From positions 1-64,000 of IMG/VR virus record IMGVR_UViG_2061766007_000015: a DNA stretch of 64,000 bases. One strand, 5' to 3'. Below the pieces are notes generated by a model. The model ran no database searches. It saw nothing but the letters and a program-made list of their open reading frames with translations, and had not been told where the DNA came from. The DNA is from a virus (lineage: Duplodnaviria; Caudoviricetes). Positions 61,117-64,000 of the stretch are shown here, one piece after another (within the stretch, counting starts at the first letter, position 1; each line of letters opens with the position of its first letter). Both the position numbers and the translations under genes were made by a program.

Positions 61117-61650
61117 TTATTTCTTAGCCTTAGCGTATTTATTAACCTTATCCCGTAACTTTTTGTATTCCGACTTAATGTTGTCAGAATACATATTCAT
61201 AAATTTTTCGATAACATAATCATATCGAAACTGGCCGTCAAGCAAGTCGTACATTGTACCGCCGTCAGTACACTTGGATGAAACATCGCCGTCAAATACA
61301 AAGTCGATGATTTCACACATTTCCTTGTTGATTTCATCCAGGTCTTTTGCAAAAGACTTAAGCGCCTTATCCGGGTCATCTTCTTTAGCCGCGTTCTGTC
61401 CTATAGCAATTGCTTTTTCCTGCAACTTGTTAAGTCGAGGTGTAGCCTCAGAGATACGAGATACAATTCCCATATCTGAGATATTAAGTTCGATTATAAG
61501 GCGATTGTCTCCGTTGAGTCGAAACTTCTTACGCTTAATCGGAGTCAGGTCGATATCGATTATATCTTCAACCGGTGCTTCGATTGGAGTTTCAACCTTT
61601 TTAGCCTTTGTTGATACCTCTTTGGTATCCTGAGCAGTTGTCTTAATCAT
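61117..61650 (-). CDS. Tail assembly chaperone
   Basis: Position between major tail and Gp15-like gene. Confidence 0.7.
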   Translation of the reverse strand: MIKTTAQDTKEVSTKAKKVETPIEAPVEDIIDIDLTPIKRKKFRLNGDNRLIIELNISDMGIVSRISEATPRLNKLQEKAIAIGQNAAKEDDPDKALKSFAKDLDEINKEMCEIIDFVFDGDVSSKCTDGGTMYDLLDGQFRYDYVIEKFMNMYSDNIKSEYKKLRDKVNKYAKAKK

Positions 61651-61668
61651 GCTATTTCTCCTTTACTC

Positions 61669-62313
61669 TTAAATGTCCTGCGTAAACTCAAAGTTATCTG
61701 CGAGTACATCAACTTTACCAGTAACAAGGTCGTTACTGAAATATGCTGTGATGGGCATATTAACGTTTACATCGCCGCCGATAGAGTTATAAAGGATAGT
61801 GCAGTTAACGTGCTTTTCTGCTTCATAACCTTCGACGCTGTTACCGATAAACGCTGTGATGATGTACAGAGTGAACTGGTTAAGTTCTGTAATGGCATTT
61901 CTTCTACGAATGTCATTAAGTTTTGCACCCAACTTACTGCCGCCAAGAACGAGGTAGGGGTCAAATTCCTGCTGAGGCTGAGTCTTAGTTAAGTCACTAA
62001 AGTTATGACCTCTGATATCAGTAGAAGTCTCGATATCACCGTTGTAGTCGATGCTGGAATCAGGAGTTCTTGTACCAAGAATCTCTCTTTCCGTAACAGC
62101 CTCATAGTAAGTGTTGGTAGCAAAAGTAGGAGCCTCAGTAAAAGCGTTCTTGATGTACACGTTATCATTCTTAGTGTAATAATCATTGTACTTAGTCGAC
62201 CAATCTGAAGGAGCAGAAGTTAACAAATTGTATTCATTCCACTCGGCTACAGTAAGGAGCGACTTACGCTCGGCTCTCTGACCTTCAGCCAGATTAAACT
62301 GTTTAACACTCAT
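61669..62313 (-). CDS. Major tail protein
   Basis: AAGGAG SD before MSVKQF; position and size. Confidence 0.75.
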   Translation of the reverse strand: MSVKQFNLAEGQRAERKSLLTVAEWNEYNLLTSAPSDWSTKYNDYYTKNDNVYIKNAFTEAPTFATNTYYEAVTEREILGTRTPDSSIDYNGDIETSTDIRGHNFSDLTKTQPQQEFDPYLVLGGSKLGAKLNDIRRRNAITELNQFTLYIITAFIGNSVEGYEAEKHVNCTILYNSIGGDVNVNMPITAYFSNDLVTGKVDVLADNFEFTQDI

Positions 62314-62330
62314 GTTGTTTCTCCTTTCAA

Positions 62331-62807
62331 CTATCCCCAAATTTTATTTGAGGTGTCAAGATATGTTATTCGTATAACAACTTGGTACTGTGCTAACGGA
62401 GGCTGTACTTCATTATTTACGCCCCGTAAAGTAGGTCGATTTGTAGTTGGTTCTACACTATCTATTATACACGATGTACCAAAATTTGGAAATACTTTAT
62501 TTTTATTTTGTGTTACAAGCCAATCAATTAATTCCTGAATGTCTGAAACATCAGCAACATTCGCATCCACTAAGTTGTCAACTTTGACTATGGGATTGTA
62601 CGTAACAGCCTTGTAGATGAGCATAGTGAAAGTAAATACCTTCATAACACTTCCGTCTATATAGGTCTCATCTAAGATAGTGTCATCTCCATGAGTAACT
62701 ATCTGTGTGCTGTTGTCCGACTCTTCTGCAAAGTTGAAAAATAAGGAGTTACCACTTACAGCAGGATAGTTCAATAGATATTCAATTACTGCTTGATTTT
62801 TATCCAT
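62331..62807 (-). CDS. Tail terminator-like protein
   Basis: Position; AQYQV.IRITY. Confidence 0.65.
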   Translation of the reverse strand: MDKNQAVIEYLLNYPAVSGNSLFFNFAEESDNSTQIVTHGDDTILDETYIDGSVMKVFTFTMLIYKAVTYNPIVKVDNLVDANVADVSDIQELIDWLVTQNKNKVFPNFGTSCIIDSVEPTTNRPTLRGVNNEVQPPLAQYQVVIRITYLDTSNKIWG

Positions 62808-62808
62808 C

Positions 62809-63243
62809 TCATTCTCCTTTGTAAATGTGGTCTAGAATTATGTTTGAGATTTCCTTAAATACTTCGTCATCATAACTAATGTCGTAAGCGTAGGTGTAAT
62901 TATACATGCTGTATTGGCCGTAATCTCGGTCGTATTCGTCTATAGGTGAGATTGTAATACCTTCTGGACCTATCGAACTATATGCGTAATGAGTTTTACC
63001 TGTACGTTGACTAGTATACGCTTTACCATTTACGCCATTACCGCCGTGTCTAACTGCTTCTAACGACGCTTTTGTAGCACCAGTATCAGGACCCTTCGGC
63101 TCTAAAAACGTTTTAGAATCAGCAACATCTCGGTAGATTGCGAGTCGTATCTCAGGGTCTTGCGTTGAAGCGTATATACCCTTTTTTGTTCTTCGTAGGG
63201 TATTTACAAAATCACGAAAGTCTAAATGAACTCTGCTTCCCAT
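62809..63243 (-). CDS. Tail completion / neck protein
   Basis: Position; P..TGA..AS motif. Confidence 0.6.
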   Translation of the reverse strand: MGSRVHLDFRDFVNTLRRTKKGIYASTQDPEIRLAIYRDVADSKTFLEPKGPDTGATKASLEAVRHGGNGVNGKAYTSQRTGKTHYAYSSIGPEGITISPIDEYDRDYGQYSMYNYTYAYDISYDDEVFKEISNIILDHIYKGE

Positions 63244-63244
63244 A

Positions 63245-63694
63245 CTACTCACCTTCTACGTAATAATGCTCATTACATCTTCCACCACCGACATTTATTA
63301 CGAATTTGGATACTACTAAGCATCCGTCTAAACCTTTGTATTTCTTTAATAAATCGTTTGACCTGTAGCCTTGTGAATACTCGTTTATCTCATCTAAGGA
63401 TTCACCTTTGACAATTATATCACCCTTGGTTAGGGTGAAGTGCTCTGCTTTGGCTTCATTAGAAAGTTCTATCCATTCGCTTCTTGTAAGAAATGCTGAG
63501 TCTTTGCGGATACGACAAATAATGTCATTTGTGCCAACAACTACGTTGTTAACCGCAATTTTATTACCAGTATCTTTCCAAAAAGCATTGTGGATAACAT
63601 GCCTAAACCATGTAACCAATTGGGTTGTAGGGTCTGTATACTTATTGTACACAGTAAGAGTTTCGTTCCACCAAGATGCATAAAAGTTAGCCAT
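63245..63694 (-). CDS. Head closure protein
   Basis: TLTVYNK, TKGDIIVKG, HYYVEG. Confidence 0.65.
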   Translation of the reverse strand: MANFYASWWNETLTVYNKYTDPTTQLVTWFRHVIHNAFWKDTGNKIAVNNVVVGTNDIICRIRKDSAFLTRSEWIELSNEAKAEHFTLTKGDIIVKGESLDEINEYSQGYRSNDLLKKYKGLDGCLVVSKFVINVGGGRCNEHYYVEGE

Positions 63695-64000
63695 TACTCA
63701 CCTGGGTATAAGCCCCGATAGGTTAGTGACTGACCAAGACTATTCTTTAAGCCATTCAGATACATTCTAACCATATCGCCTAACTTCTTGTCATTGGTAT
63801 ATTCCATGATTGAACTTGCTGACAGACTGTTAAACTCAATGGATACTCCATCGTTTGCCTGTCGTGTGATTGCTCCACCGGTTACTTCACCGATCTCATT
63901 AACAAAATTGTTACTCAAAGCATCCATACGAGCCTGAATCATATTGATAAGAACATACATCAGACGGGTTAACGCTTCGGGATATTCAATTTCATCTTTG
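63694..64000 (-). CDS. Head-tail adaptor (5-prime truncated by window edge)
   Basis: Frame open to the edge; ANDGVSIEF...LTYRG. Confidence 0.65.
   Translation of the reverse strand, partial: KDEIEYPEALTRLMYVLINMIQARMDALSNNFVNEIGEVTGGAITRQANDGVSIEFNSLSASSIMEYTNDKKLGDMVRMYLNGLKNSLGQSLTYRGLYPGE

Noticed and set aside
60515-61650. Programmed -1 frameshift between tail chaperone genes
   Set aside because: No slippery heptamer seen near the stop; the downstream gene has its own SD and ATG
263-63683. Numerous plus-strand ORFs in the track (e.g. 583-1158, 1805-2308, 38625-39164, 58201-58671)
   Set aside because: They are antisense shadows of well-supported minus-strand genes, with no SD and implausible composition
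1-64000. Integrase/lysogeny module or alternative genetic code
   Set aside because: No recombinase or CI/Cro pair was recognised, and long genes read through with standard stops

Overview
A ~64-kb segment of a long-tailed (siphovirus-like) dsDNA phage genome. Gene content and sigmaA-type promoters point to a gut or rumen Firmicutes (Clostridia/Lachnospiraceae-like) host; this host call is an inference. Essentially all genes are on the minus strand. Reading right to left: (1) head-tail connector, tail and tape-measure genes, with head and terminase genes presumably beyond the right edge; (2) tail fibre/accessory genes, including a calcineurin-like phosphoesterase-Ig fusion; (3) lysis genes; (4) a separately punctuated cassette of low-complexity and Cys-rich proteins with a putative papain-like peptidase; (5) a near-complete self-contained replisome: SNF2 helicase, initiator, DnaC, DnaB, primase, SSB, PolA, beta clamp, gamma/delta/delta-prime clamp loader, RecA, RecU, a second resolvase and a solo Cas4; (6) two glycosyltransferases, a QueC-like enzyme and a methyltransferase that suggest DNA modification; (7) an RNA array holding one canonical tRNA-Asn, two degenerate class II tRNAs and two oversized tRNA-scaffolded RNAs; (8) many small accessory ORFs; (9) a left arm built from repeated terminator/palindrome/promoter cassettes, ending in a non-coding repeat-rich terminus. 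No integrase, repressor module, CRISPR array or reverse transcriptase was seen. The most notable signals are the tRNA-scaffold RNA array, a 13-mer used at -35 in one promoter class and at -10 in another, a kissing-loop/terminator leader on the replication initiator, the orphan DNA-modification enzymes and the post-lysis cassette. All functional calls come from motif recognition by eye, without database searches. Several starts were adjusted from the ORF track using Shine-Dalgarno (SD) position, and several ORFs under 60 aa were added by hand translation.
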